From: Diplonema japonicum
Lineage: Eukaryota; Protista; Euglenozoa: Diplonemea
Assembly: GCA_964019335.1 (NCBI GenBank)
Contig: OZ025663.1
Coordinates: 496,001-560,000, forward strand
DNA: 64,000 nucleotides
Direction: 5' to 3'
Each line of letters begins with the position of its first letter. Position 1 is the first letter of the stretch. Positions 11,451 to 23,556 of the stretch are shown one piece after another. The notes beneath the pieces were generated by a model. The model did not search any database. It saw only the letters and a program-made list of their open reading frames with translations, and was not told the DNA's origin. The position numbers and the translations under genes are program-made.

Positions 11451-12052
11451 GAAACTTACCCTTATGAAAGAAAAGAAGAAAGAAAAAAAAAAAAAGAAGA
11501 AAATGGAAAACTATTATGGCTCAACTTAGCAGTTAGTTGGGATGCCCCCAGGAAAAAGGTTTTTTTTGAAGGGGTTTACAAAGGGGAAGGGAAGAAGAAG
11601 AAAAAAAAAAGAAAGAAGAGAGAGGGGCTTCCTCCTCGCTCCGCCCATTCACGTCGCTCTAGAACCTTGCTCGTTTCTTCTTTGTTTATCAGGTCCGTGA
11701 AAGAAAAAAAAGGGGGGGGAGAGAGAGAGAAAGCAAAAAGAGAAAAGAAAACGTGAGGGTTCCTTCTTCAGTTGACATCAGGCTCCTTGGTATCAAGAAT
11801 AAAAACAGAGGGTGGGAGGCAGGGATAAGAAAACAGGAGGCTTGGTTTTTCCTCGGAGAATGAGATAAGAAGAAAGGTAGGCTCAGCCCTGTCTGGTTTC
11901 TTCTTCTTCTCCACCCCCTTTTTTTTTTCCTCTTCCTTCCTGTGCCCCACTGATGAACTAAGGAACGCATCGTTCCTCTCCTTCATTTTATTTTATTTTA
12001 TTTTTATCTTTCCTCTTCCATCCGGTCATTCCTCTTTTAAAAAAAAAAAAAA

Positions 12053-12627
12053 AATAGCTATTTATTGCCAACAAATAATGAGTCATTATTTAACTTGAGT
12101 TCCCGAATTTTTTGCACGAGGGCCCGCAGGGCCCGAGTGCAAAAAAACGGTAACGAGTGTTAAATAATGGCTCATTTGGCGGCAAGTAAGTCGTTTTATT
12201 TCACTTTTCGTCATTTGAGTCACTCACTCTTCACTGCTTTCACTGCTGTTTTTTTTCACGCAGGTCAGCTTTTTGGGGATTTTCCTAAGGTAATACAGGG
12301 TAGCTTTTTCGTCGTGGCATTTAAAGGGGAAGTAAGGCACTTATTCCCACTTTTAAGGGCTGGAATGGCCTCAGATGGCCAAAAATAGTCAAAATACCCC
12401 CACCCCAAAAAAAGATTTTCAAGGGGTTGGGTGCATTTTTTTCCACGACAAGACCCATTTTTTCACTCTGAAGGGCCATTATTTAACTGCAAAATCTCAT
12501 TATTTAACTAGTTAAATAATGGCGATTTCGCGTTAAATAATGGCCGTTTCGCGTTAAATAATGGCCATTTCGCGTTAAATAATGAGGCCCCTAGTGAGTG
12601 AAGAAAATGACGAAGAGTGAAATAAAA
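12053..12627 (+). mobile_element. Hairpin-ended non-autonomous DNA element, copy A (Crypton-like family)
   Basis: AATAGCTATTTA end and ~140-bp imperfect hairpin centred on GGGCCC-GCA-GGGCCC (12120-12134). 35-bp inverted repeats at 12194-12228 and 12593-12627. Tandem 21-bp GTTAAATAATGGC units. Homologous to 30944-31502. Confidence 0.8.
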
Positions 12628-12735
12628 AAAAAAAAAAAAAAAAAGACTTCCTTCTATTTCTCTCCCCCCCACTTGACTCCTCTTGAACCCCTTCGGAGAT
12701 ATTTTTAAAAAAGAAAAAGGAGAAAAGAAGAAAGG

Positions 12736-12766
<31 letters not shown>

Positions 12767-12767
12767 A

Positions 12768-13511
12768 ATGCTCGCCCTGATACAGTCCGTGCTGATAACA
12801 GGCCAGCTGGTCACAGCACCGATGCCTTGCAATGGGCTTATAGACCAATGCAGACAATCGGTGAGGGTAACGAATGCGTTAGGGGCTACTGTGGACAACC
12901 CTTTGTGGGACTCGAGCGGTGCGACAGAAGGCTTTGAGAAAGGAAAATGCTGGACAGGCCTGCTGGATTGCTTCCAAGGGAAATCCGGGAATTGCGGAGA
13001 GTATGAGAACTGCGTGCCAGCAGCAACACGGTGCGTGCAGATAGCCACTGTCAGAGCCTACGGGGTCTTCGCTAGCCAAGAGTGTGACAACTACATGAAC
13101 TGCATAAAGTTGGAGACAAAGCAGGTCTGCCTTGCGAGCTACGGAAGCACCATGATAGTGGACGGTAACCCTCCTGTCAACTGTGATGCTCAGAAGATCT
13201 GTGACAAGGCCGACGCGATGGGCCCTGCAGGAGGCTGTGTGTCGTTCCAGTACCAGATGTGCATGGCCGACTCAGACTGCACGTGGATAGAGTCCTCCCG
13301 TCGATGTGATGACAACGAAGGCAAGCGGGACCTCATGGAAGTCCTTACCATCATCATGGCCTTTGTGCTCCTTCTGTGTGTCCTCGCCTGCTGCTGTGCC
13401 TATGTCATCCGCACCCACACCAAACCCCAAACTAGCTCCTTCAAGCACCTCGAAGACGACGATTTTGACCTTGGCACGGGGCACATCGACGACAATAACT
13501 ACGCCATGTGA
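12768..13511 (+). CDS. Cys-rich single-pass membrane protein
   Basis: Signal-like N-terminus, many Cys, TM segment VLTIIMAFVLLLCVLACCCAYVI. Confidence 0.75.
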   Translation: MLALIQSVLITGQLVTAPMPCNGLIDQCRQSVRVTNALGATVDNPLWDSSGATEGFEKGKCWTGLLDCFQGKSGNCGEYENCVPAATRCVQIATVRAYGVFASQECDNYMNCIKLETKQVCLASYGSTMIVDGNPPVNCDAQKICDKADAMGPAGGCVSFQYQMCMADSDCTWIESSRRCDDNEGKRDLMEVLTIIMAFVLLLCVLACCCAYVIRTHTKPQTSSFKHLEDDDFDLGTGHIDDNNYAM

Positions 13512-13842
13512 AAAGGGGGGGGGGAGGAGAAAATAGATGTATAAGTCCATTTTCACTAATGTGATGTAGGGAGGAAAAAAAGTGAAATTGTAAAAAAAAA
13601 GGAGAGAGAGCGTAATGTATTGTTTGTGCGGGGGGGGGGGGGGGGGGGAGGGCGTGTCTACCATTATGTCGCCTCCTATTCCCTATTTTTTCTTTTATTT
13701 TTTTCTTCTTACTGTTGTTATTCCGTTTAGTATAATACCCCCCCCCCCCCCATCTCCCCTTAGTTCATATGAAATTATTTGTGCTCGTTCCCCTTTTGTT
13801 TTGCATTCATTTATATTCACTGGGAAGAGATAACAAGAAGAA

Positions 13843-14937
13843 ATGAGGGTATTCCTTGTATGCCTGCTCGCCCAGCAGTGTCTTGGGTACATCAAGACCA
13901 CGGCTGATGACCTGGCGAAGAACCCGAACTACTCCTTCTCCGACTACGTCGCGGAGTACGGGAAGCAGTACAACGCTGTGGAGAAGGTTGAGAGGGAAGC
14001 CATCTTCATGAAGAACTTGGAGAAGATCAGGAGGCACAACGCGGACGCCTCGCAAACTTACAAGATGGGTGTGAACCCCTACGCTGACTGGTCCGCAGAG
14101 GAGTTCAAGGCGAAGCGCACTGGGCTTAAGGGTGACAGGCCTGAGATGCTCACCAACGTTGAGATCCCCAAGAAGGGTGCCCGCCCCGCATCTGTCGACT
14201 GGAGGCAGAAGGGCGTTGTGACCCCTGTGAAGAACCAGGCGATGTGTGGTTCGTGCTGGGCGTTCTCCGCGACGGAGACCATGGAGTCTGCTACTGCCAT
14301 TGCGACGGGCACCCTCCCAGTCCTCGGCCCCCAGCAGCTCGTCTCCTGCTCGCCTAACCCGAACGACTGCGGTGGGACTGGCGGGTGCAAAGGATCCACT
14401 CAGATCCTTGCCTACAACTACACCATCACCGCCGGGCTCACACTTGAGAAGGACTACCCGTACAGCAGTGGCATTGGTATCACTCACGAGTGCAAGCCGG
14501 AGCTCATCAAGCCTGCCATCGGCATCAATGGCTTCGTGCTGCTTCCCATCAACAACTACACTGCAATCATGGACGCCGTGGCCTTCGTGGGGCCCGTTGC
14601 CATCAGCGCTGACGCTGCGTCGTGGCAGTTGTACGAGTCGGGGATCTACTCCAAGAACTGCGGCTACGAGGTGGACCACGGCATCCAGTTGGTGGGCTAC
14701 GGCGAGGAGAACGGCACCATGTACTGGATCGTGAGGAACTCCTGGGCCGCCACCTGGGGTGAGCAGGGTTACATCCGTATTAAGCGTTTCGGTGAGGGTC
14801 AGGAACCCTGCGGCATGGACGAGAAGCCCCAGGACGGCCTCGCCTGCAAGGGCGATGACAAGCCCATCAAGTACTGCGGAGAGTGCGCCATCCTCTCCTA
14901 CTCCTCGTACCCCACCGGTGCGCATCTCAGGAACTGA
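13843..14937 (+). CDS. Papain-family (C1A) cathepsin L-like cysteine protease
   Basis: Signal peptide, I29 prodomain (EREAIFMKN, GVNPYAD), QAMCGSCWAFS, DHGIQLVGYG, RNSW. Confidence 0.97.
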   Translation: MRVFLVCLLAQQCLGYIKTTADDLAKNPNYSFSDYVAEYGKQYNAVEKVEREAIFMKNLEKIRRHNADASQTYKMGVNPYADWSAEEFKAKRTGLKGDRPEMLTNVEIPKKGARPASVDWRQKGVVTPVKNQAMCGSCWAFSATETMESATAIATGTLPVLGPQQLVSCSPNPNDCGGTGGCKGSTQILAYNYTITAGLTLEKDYPYSSGIGITHECKPELIKPAIGINGFVLLPINNYTAIMDAVAFVGPVAISADAASWQLYESGIYSKNCGYEVDHGIQLVGYGEENGTMYWIVRNSWAATWGEQGYIRIKRFGEGQEPCGMDEKPQDGLACKGDDKPIKYCGECAILSYSSYPTGAHLRN

Positions 14938-15217
14938 GGAACCTCTTTAACCCCCTTGTGAATTTTCTAGTCTCGTTTTCTCCGCCCAAGCCCGGTGTCC
15001 GGCACCAATGGCACAGGGCATCGTGTGGTATTGTTTCTCACTTTTGCGGGGCTAGAGGTCTACATCAGGACTTTCCCTTGCAAACATCCCCATTTCTCCC
15101 CCTTTCATGGATTCCAGTCCGAAACAACCCCCCCCTTTTTTTTTCCCTCTTAAAACGTTATAAGCTATTTCTTCTTTCCTTTTGGTCACTAATTTTCAAA
15201 GTGGGAATGCCCGTGAG

Positions 15218-17120
15218 ATGATAGCGCACAAGGTGTTTGCAGGGCTTATACTCGTGCTGTTGCTCTTGGGAGGAGCGGAATGTGAAGAGGGCGTGTTCTT
15301 CATCAGTGATGCAGGGTTGGGTGCAGTAGGCGTCTCGGGGACAGCTCATGAGATCGGGAAGAGGTTTACCTCCAGACTAGAGGACCCTCGAGGGATGTGG
15401 TACGATGACACCAACGACTTCATATTGTACACCGACACAGCAGTTGTCGCAGGCACAAAGACGACTATCTTGTACAGAATATCAGGGAAAGCGGACACAT
15501 CAACAGCCCCTGATGTTGTGGGCACATGGACGAAGCTCCGTCCCTTCGGCCTCACAGGCGACAAGGCCACCACTATGGCGTACCTTGCTGTTGAGAACCA
15601 ACTTGACAGCGGTAAGGGCATTCGGTTTTATTATGCAAACTACATGACCCTTGGACAGGTCTTCCCTGTCAAACCCCCCCAGCTTGGAAGCGGGACGCAG
15701 GCCTTGCAGTCAGGAGACGTGGCTCTGTTGGGGGGTACCATTTACTTCAACTACGATGGCTACAAAATAGGCACCATCGTCCTCACAGCTCCCGATGCTG
15801 GCACCATCAGCAAGACGTTCAGTTACGACACTTCTCTTAAGGCAGGCGACGTTATCGGTGCACTTGTCGCCTCCGAGTCCGAGGGCCTCATCTACGCCAG
15901 CCTCACCAACAACGCCTACCCCGCTGCAGTCTACACTATCAAGCCCGATGGGAGCTTCCAAAAGTACGACGACATCATCCCCAAAGCCGCTGCGTGGCAG
16001 AAGCACACGGACCGAGGTGCCACACGCAAGGGTGTTCCTATCCCCAACATCGCGCGTACCGCTGCTGCCACGTCGACTTTTCTGTGCAGCGAAGCCTCCA
16101 TCAGCACAGTGGACCTCGCTACGAATACGCCCAAGACAGTCCACGCTGGCGCTTCACTCGGCCCTGTCGTCTGGACAGCCAGCCTGTCCGAGCCACCTTC
16201 GGCAGCACCTGTGCCACCCACTGATGTGCCCACCCTTGTCCCGACGGGTACCCCTGGGAAGACTGCTGTTCCAACGGTCGCCCCCGGGGCCACGGCTGTC
16301 CCCACCGCTGTGCCTACGACAGCTCCAGACACAACAGCGCCAGCTGTACCGACAACAACTGCGCCAGACACGACTGCGCCAACCACTACAACACAACAGC
16401 CCCCTGCTGTGCCAGTAACAGACGCACCCCCTACACCCGAGCCGCCGCCACCCCCGCCTGCCGCCCCTAGCGACGATGACAACATGCTTATGATCATCAT
16501 CATCGCGTGCAGTGCGGTGGTGCTGATATGCATATGCATAGCACTGGCGTACCTGCACAAAACCCGGAAGGAAGATCAGGCAAAGCTAGAGCAGCGCATG
16601 AGGGAGAGGGAGGGGAAGTTCCAGGACATGCTGCTGAGCACGCAGAAGGCTGTACAGGATCAGGAGGCTAGCAGGTCACCGCCCCCTGAGATGGAACTGA
16701 CGCCCATTACGGTAAAGGAGGATCCGATGCCGCCGTCGCCGAAGGTGAGGTCCGTCACGTCACCGTCCAACGTGTCGATGAAGGAGATTGCGATACCAGA
16801 GTCGCCTGAGTCACCCAGCAGGGACTCAGTGGTTTACTGGCAGGGACTGCACTCGAGGCCCGTGGCACGTACGTCCTTGCCCACACATGGGCCAGGGTCG
16901 CCGATGTACCAGAGGGTGGTAGCGATGTACGAAGTACATGCACCAAACAAATTGGACACGATACCTGGTCTTGTCAACAAGTATGCGCAAAGCTTTGTCA
17001 ATCTATCTATGCACTTACCACAGGTACGGGGAAGAAGCACTGCTGAAAACATTGATCGATAAATTTGGCCCCGAGCCGGGGTTAGGTTTCTCAGAACAGG
17101 TTACCAGTACCGGGAGGTAA
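15218..17120 (+). CDS. Type I membrane protein (beta-propeller-like ectodomain, Thr/Pro stalk, TM); predicted intron 16981-17023
   Basis: Signal peptide, PRGMWYD repeat, TAVP/TTAPD repeats and TM. Splicing restores the C-terminal motif YQRVVAMYEVHAPNKL...KYGEEALLKTLIDKFGPEP. Confidence 0.75.
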
Positions 17121-18343
17121 CTATTTTTTGGGGAAACAAAAAAAAACCTTTTTTTTTTTTTTGAACTGTTTCACAAACACCACAGCACGCTTAGCACTCC
17201 GTTGCTCAGCAGCCCTTCCGGCGGGACCGAAGTGCGAGGGAGCGAGATTCTGAAACAAGCTAAGGTGTAGGGATAATAATAGAAAAAGAGTGCAGGGGAA
17301 CCGCACTTCGATACCCTTATTTTGTTTACGGTTTATTTTCCTTTTTTTTTTTCTTTTTTTTTCTTTGAGGTACGTTTGGTTCTAAAGACAGATTGGTTCG
17401 AACCTTATTTGTATATAAATTGTCCCTATGTACCCACAGAGCGGCCCTGAGGATGAAAAGAAGGAAGAAAGAAAAAAAAAAAGAAGAGGGGAAGAAGAAA
17501 ATAGTTTTCCTTTTGTTCCTTTCTGGTCTCGAGGGGGGTGGGGTTTTTTTGTTTTCTATTTGTCCTTTTGTTTATTTTTTTTTAAAAAAAATAGCCATTT
17601 AGTTGAGCAGCCTATACAACAGAAGTACAGGGTCACGAAAAGTGAACAATACTGGAAAAGGAGAAAAAGAAAAAATGCCTTTTTTTCAAAAATGCACAGT
17701 TCTATGAGTGCGCACTCTTTTCTTCCCTCCCTCCCCTTTTTTTTTTCTCCCCCAGGCCCGTTGCTCTTTCTCCCGTGATTCTTCTCTTTTAAAAAAGAGG
17801 AAAGGGGAGGAGAGTGACGGGATACAATGCCAACTTTCTTTATTTGAATACGCGACTCACTTTTGCACAGATGAGAGAGGTGAACCCTCAACCAGAAGGG
17901 AAAAAGAAAAAAGAAGAAGAAGAAAAAACTTCCCAGAAAACGACATGACAGCTCTCGCGCTTAGAGAATCACCTCAAGGAGTACTTTTCCTTTTTTTTTT
18001 TTTTCATTGTGTTTTGTCCCCCCATTCTTTCTTTCCTCTTGTTCCCACAGCGAAAAAATAAGGTACCCCTACGTTATTCTCTAGCCGGAGGGCTATGTCG
18101 TGTCCTCTTCTACGGTGAGAAGGAAAAGAAAAAAAAAAAAAGAAAAGAAAAAAAGAACTTTCAAGGATTTCTGCATTAAAGTATTTTCATTCAATTCTTT
18201 TTTTAAAATAACCCACACACTTCTCTTTTTGCCTCCCTCACCCTTCTTCGTCCCCCTTCTCCGTTTAGTTAAGTGGTATCTCATTGACACGCTACCCTTC
18301 TGCTTTTGTTAACCACACAAAGGGATCTAAAAAAAAGTCAGAC

Positions 18344-19816
18344 ATGGCAAGCAGTGTGCACAGCCAGCACTCGTACCCTGGTGGGCCATCTGGGCTCCAA
18401 TCCCAGGGGCGTTTAGAACCCGTGACCACGCCACTGATGGCAAAGCCTGCGACACCCGGGTCTAGCATCCCCGGGTCCATTGGGAGTGCTGCCAGTGTGT
18501 CGGGGTCGGGGATGTTGTACCAAGTACGCGACATGCCGATGGCTTATGACGAGGCCGACAATTTTGATGTGTCAAGAGACAATGTGGCACAGTGGAAGCC
18601 ATCTTCGCCGCCTCAGCCTTCGAACGCACAGTCGCACTCTCCCTCGCAAGGACACTCACCTTCGCAGTCGCACTCGCCCCCACAGTCACACTCACCACTG
18701 TCACACTCCCAGCGTTCACAGCGCTCACAGCGTTCAGTTGTGTCCTCCCAGTCGGGTCCCTGGCGTCCCTCCCCCGGTTCCCGCGTCCGCCGCAACCCTG
18801 CGTTCTGGACATGGGGCGACCAGGACGGCGGCGGTGAAGGTACCGTTGTCACCCACGACGCGTCCTCCGGCTGGGTCACCGTCAAATGGGAGGCCAACGG
18901 CTGCACCGAGAAGTACCGTTGGGGCGCAGAAGATGCCTACGACATCGAAGGCATCGCCCCACCCATGGACGTCGTCGGCGAACTGGCACTCCCATGCGGG
19001 AGACTGGTTCTTGACAACCGCAGCCGCCAAGAGCTGAAGGACACCTCCAAGAGGGACATCGCGCAGGCACTCGACGTGCACGCCAGCATCGTCAGCATCG
19101 AGAGCATACAGGCTACCAGCGGGAACCTCATCACAAGGTACCGCGTGCGGTCCAGCACCAACGAGAAGAGCTACCTCACGCAGGCACGGGGGAAGTCGCT
19201 GTTGGAGTCGAGGCGGTTCCATGTACCGTCGTTGCTGAGGGCGATGCAGGCAAACGTGGCGGGAACGCCGCCGAAGGGCTACTTGGCATGGAACAGGTGT
19301 TGGATTGATACAGCACCGGTGGAGGACGCACCAATGGAGGAAGCACTGCCGCAAGCACCAACGCTGGCAAACATACATCATGAGGAGGTGGAGGTTGAGG
19401 CACAACTTGGGTCCAAGGTGGTGGTGGTGGGGTTGCGGGGGAATGCAGAACTTCTACTGGTTGCAAACGTAAGGGAGATGCTGAAGCAAAAACTGCCCGA
19501 GTTGCTGAAGGGCGGGTTCTTTATCCAAAGAGATGGTGTCTCGCTGGATGATGCTGCTACGCTGCGCGAGGCTAGAATTGGGAGCAAGACACGACTCACC
19601 ATAGTCCCCATGCCGTCTTCTCTTTACCCTCACAGAGCCTCCACTCCCCCACCAAAGTCGCCTTCGCCTTACGAGCGGCTGCAGCACCGTGTGACCCCTC
19701 CCTCCTCTGTCTCCTCCCACAACAGTCCTTATGGCGTTGGGTCTTCTTACTACAACGTCCCCCCTGTTACAGAAGACCATACCACACAGTATAAGATGAA
19801 GTCTCTGTTTTCCTGA
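18344..19816 (+). CDS. MIB/HERC2 domain protein with C-terminal ubiquitin-like region
   Basis: GSRVRRNPAFWTWGDQDGGGEGTV...WVTVKW...YRWGAEDAYDI; UBL-like DGVSLDDAATLREARIGSKTRLTIV. Confidence 0.8.
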   Translation: MASSVHSQHSYPGGPSGLQSQGRLEPVTTPLMAKPATPGSSIPGSIGSAASVSGSGMLYQVRDMPMAYDEADNFDVSRDNVAQWKPSSPPQPSNAQSHSPSQGHSPSQSHSPPQSHSPLSHSQRSQRSQRSVVSSQSGPWRPSPGSRVRRNPAFWTWGDQDGGGEGTVVTHDASSGWVTVKWEANGCTEKYRWGAEDAYDIEGIAPPMDVVGELALPCGRLVLDNRSRQELKDTSKRDIAQALDVHASIVSIESIQATSGNLITRYRVRSSTNEKSYLTQARGKSLLESRRFHVPSLLRAMQANVAGTPPKGYLAWNRCWIDTAPVEDAPMEEALPQAPTLANIHHEEVEVEAQLGSKVVVVGLRGNAELLLVANVREMLKQKLPELLKGGFFIQRDGVSLDDAATLREARIGSKTRLTIVPMPSSLYPHRASTPPPKSPSPYERLQHRVTPPSSVSSHNSPYGVGSSYYNVPPVTEDHTTQYKMKSLFS

Positions 19817-20006
19817 TAGTTTCCTGTCCTCCTCTTTTTTTTTTTTTTTTTCTTCCATTATTTGTCTTGTACTCACGTATGCCCCGGATATTTTTTTTGT
19901 CATTTCCCCCCCTCCCCCCGGGGAGTTTCAGAATATAAAAAACCAATGGTACACGTTGGCTTCTTGAAGCCGTCGTTCTTGGCAAGCATATGTGCTCATA
20001 TCCACT

Positions 20007-20037
<31 letters not shown>

Positions 20038-20993
20038 GTAAACAGATTATTATTGTCAGTGCTAAAAAAAAAAGAAAATTGAAAACCCCGACGATTTGTA
20101 ATCTGTTTTTTTTTTTTTTTCTTTTTCTTTCTTCTTTTTTTTTTTTCCCGGCTGACCTTTGGTTGGTCTACGATTGAGGCTTTTTTCTTTTTTTTCTCCC
20201 CCTCTTTTTTTATTTCTTTTTTTTTTTTTGTAGTAATATCTCGAATCGGGAACAGGGAACCAAAAAGAAAGAATACAGGAAAAGAAAAAAGAAAAAAAAG
20301 AGTGTGAATAGAGAATTAAGAAGAAAAAAAAAAAGGAATAAGAGGAAGAGACAAATAGAAAGAAGAGAAAAAAAAAAGGAAAAAAAAAAAAAGGCAAAAT
20401 TTTTAATAGATAAATATTCTGCACTGCCGCGTCTTCCTTCCCTCCTCCTTCCTTCCCCCTCCTCCCCTTCCTCCTAAAGAGAAAAAAACACAAAAAAAAA
20501 AAATTAAGAAAGCGCCATAACCCCGGATATAGAAAAGCGAAACAAGAAGGAAGGAAAAAATAAATAAAAGGGGTGGAAGAAGAAAAAAAAGGATGGGAGG
20601 GAATATTTGTATTGTAAACACTGCTACTTGTTGGTACCCTTGTTTTGAGTTCCTCCTTTTCTTCTTCTTTCCCCCTCCCTCCTTTTTTTTTTTATCTCCC
20701 CTCCCTAATCTTTCTCTGTCTCCCGAAGAATTTACATAAAAATGAATATTAGAACACGAACCCTTATATGGTTCTCCCCAAAGGAACACTTCACTTGGCT
20801 TGCACGGGTCGACAGACTCGGAGCTTGCTATTTTCCCCTCTTTGAATATTCCAATACCTTTGTATGTATCCAATTTTTTTTTCTTCCCCCTGCGCCCGTT
20901 GTTTTCCCGTCCCCCCTCTTCGCACATCACCATTTTTTTTTTTTTTTTTCCCCTTCTCCCTCCTAACAATCTTGGTATAACAACGTGTCCCAG

Positions 20994-21048
<55 letters not shown>

Positions 21049-22182
21049 ATGCACCTCATCTGGATACCATTAACAGTGGGCCTTGTAGGGGTACTGCTGG
21101 CCACAGTGGTGACAATGCCACATCCGTATGCAGGGCTTCGCCCTGTGACAGTGGAGCAAGAGAGGTTGGACACAGTAGGGAAGTACCCCGCCGTCTATGA
21201 TGGCGGCGTCGTGAAAAACCAAAAACTGAGAGACGGGAGCAAAAGGCTATTCGACGGCAAGGTGAGGTCCAGCGAAGGCGTGTCGGCCTACGACGGCACC
21301 CTGTACATGCTCGACAGGTATGGGTGGGTCCACACCGCAGACGTCAAGACTCACCTTCTAAAAGAAAACGTTACATACGTAGGCCCGGGCAGGCCACTTG
21401 GGTTCCATGTCAACAAGGCAGGCCTTTTCGTCTGCGATTCTGTTAAAGGTGTTCTGTATGTGGAGCACCCGCTGGCTATCACATCGGAAGTTCGAATCTT
21501 GGTGAACACCGACGACGACAACAAGCCCATCAACTACTTTAACGATCTTGACATTCAAGGCGACTTGCTCTTCTTCAGCTCCAGCAGCGAAGGTCCGGTG
21601 GCGCTGGACAGCTCGATAGGGTACTACGACACAATGAACAGCTTCCTTATGAACGCGATGCGTGGGGATGCGTCGGGGCGCATCTTTCAGTTCAATCTTA
21701 AAACCAAGGAAATCAAAACCATTGCCAGCGGAGTGTGGTATGCGAACGGTGTGGCGGTCGATGCGCAGGCTTCTAATGTGTATTACGTAGAAACATTGGC
21801 ACATAGAGTCCACCGTGTGAACCTCGAGACTGGGGTGTCGGAGGTTGTGGTCTCGAAGCTTCCTGGGTATCCCGACGGGATCTCCTTTAACGCTGACAGG
21901 ACGGCACTCTATGTTAGTCTCGTTGCGCCGATGTCGCCTGTTGGCCTTACCTTCCCTTACCCTATGCTCCGGCTCGTGCTCTCTCATCTGTCACCTCTCT
22001 TGAGCCGTCTTGCCAAGCCCCACGGTTGTGTCGTTAAGGTCACACCGCAGGGCGACATCCTCGACACCTTGATGGACCAGAACGGTGAGCGCGTCTCTAG
22101 TGTGTCATCTGCGACAGAGTACCAAGGAAGCCTTTACTTGGGGAACCTCAAAGGGGATTATATTAGTTATTATGTGCTGTGA
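21049..22182 (+). CDS. Strictosidine synthase-like / APMAP-like protein
   Basis: N-terminal TM, GRPLGF, YFNDLDI, WYANGVAV, LPGYPDGI, LYLGNL. Confidence 0.92.
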   Translation: MHLIWIPLTVGLVGVLLATVVTMPHPYAGLRPVTVEQERLDTVGKYPAVYDGGVVKNQKLRDGSKRLFDGKVRSSEGVSAYDGTLYMLDRYGWVHTADVKTHLLKENVTYVGPGRPLGFHVNKAGLFVCDSVKGVLYVEHPLAITSEVRILVNTDDDNKPINYFNDLDIQGDLLFFSSSSEGPVALDSSIGYYDTMNSFLMNAMRGDASGRIFQFNLKTKEIKTIASGVWYANGVAVDAQASNVYYVETLAHRVHRVNLETGVSEVVVSKLPGYPDGISFNADRTALYVSLVAPMSPVGLTFPYPMLRLVLSHLSPLLSRLAKPHGCVVKVTPQGDILDTLMDQNGERVSSVSSATEYQGSLYLGNLKGDYISYYVL

Positions 22183-22581
22183 TGGCGGGGGGGGGGTCTT
22201 TTTTTTTATTTCTTCTTTTCTTCGATCAGCTGGTCAGCTGATTCTCGTGTGACTTCGAGGCGTCACTTCCCCCTCTTATTTTTTCTCTTTTTTTTTGTGT
22301 GCTTTTCAAAGCAATGAACATGTACAGCGAGAGGGGTAAATTAAAGAAAAAGCAAGGGGCAATTCACTTAATACCCCCCCAAAAAAAGCGTGAAATTTGC
22401 AGTTCTGCTCAGCGCCCCCCGAGTACGTTGTGAATTTTCTGAACTTTTGTTTTCCCTCCCCTTCCCGTTGTGCACAAAAAGAATTGCTCGCCTATTCCTT
22501 CTTTTTTTTTTTTTTTAAAGGGGAATATTGAGTGAATTGACCCAGAAGAAGAAAAAAAAAAAAAAAAAAAAAGGAAACAAA

Positions 22582-23124
22582 ATGCCGCCCAAAAAAGAGA
22601 AAAAAGACAGAAAGCAAGAGAAGCAAGTGAAGCGCCCCCCGCGGTCTGACTTGTGCGAATGTGGTGCGGGGGAGGAGTTTGAGCGTGAGTCTGGCTGGGC
22701 ACGGGACGACCCAAGGAGAGGATGGGTCAGGGTGGTCGCTGCCCCGAGTAAGGGGAAGAAAAAGAAAGGTCCGGAAGCTGCGAACCACAACGTCTCGTGC
22801 ACGTATCAAAGGGCTCCCTGCGCTAAATACCCTCACCTGCCAAAGTGCTTCGCCTGCAGAGAAGGGTGTGTGAAATGTGAGAAGCTATTCCCCGACTGTC
22901 CGGATGCCTCACCTGGCCCCTGCAGGAAGTGCACCTTCATGTACAAAAGAGACATTCTGCGGTGCACTGTCGCACCTTCCTTCCCCCTTGGGTCCCTTGT
23001 CAACGGGCTTCGTACGACGAATTCCAGCTTTTCAGGATCCACATTCAAAGTATGTGCAGCGGGGGGGGGGGGGGGGGGGAATAAAATACTGTAGAAACTC
23101 GGTAATATCATCCAACCTGTATGA
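22582..23124 (+). CDS. Small Cys-rich basic protein; probable intron 23050-23094
   Basis: ATG after an A-tract, several CxxC pairs, and a GTATG...TAG intron that removes a G-run. Confidence 0.5.
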
Positions 23125-23556
23125 TTTGATTCGCCCCCCCCCCCCCCCCCCCCCTTCCCCCGCCTTTATTCCTCTTCTTTTTTTGTACTCTAGCTTTTTC
23201 TGTTCTTTTTTTCTTTTCCTGCTTCGCATGGTGCGTAAAAGCTGAAATGTTGCGTTATTCCCCCCTCTCCCTCTCCCTCTCCCTCTCCCTCCCCTGCACC
23301 TCGAAAGACGAGTAGCGGTCTACTTCTTTTCCCCTCTCGCTCTTTTTCTTTTTCTTTTTTTGCCAATCTCATTGATTTGGAACATGAAAACTACGAGGGA
23401 AAAAAAAAAAAGAGAGAAAAAAAAGGGGGGGAAAGCCCTTCCGGGTTTTTCTTTCCTCTTCTTCCTTTTTTTTTTTTTTTTTTTTTACGACTTCTTTTTT
23501 GTTTCCCTTCCCCCCCCAAAAAAAAAACAACAACAACAAGAAAAAAAAAAAAGATA

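Noticed and set aside
12511-12590. 21-bp repeats as a CRISPR array
   Set aside because: Tandem units with no unique spacers, no cas genes, and a eukaryotic TE context.
13807-14925. 372-aa antisense ORF over the cathepsin (and similar antisense ORFs over other genes)
   Set aside because: Shadow ORFs from GC3-rich codon usage.
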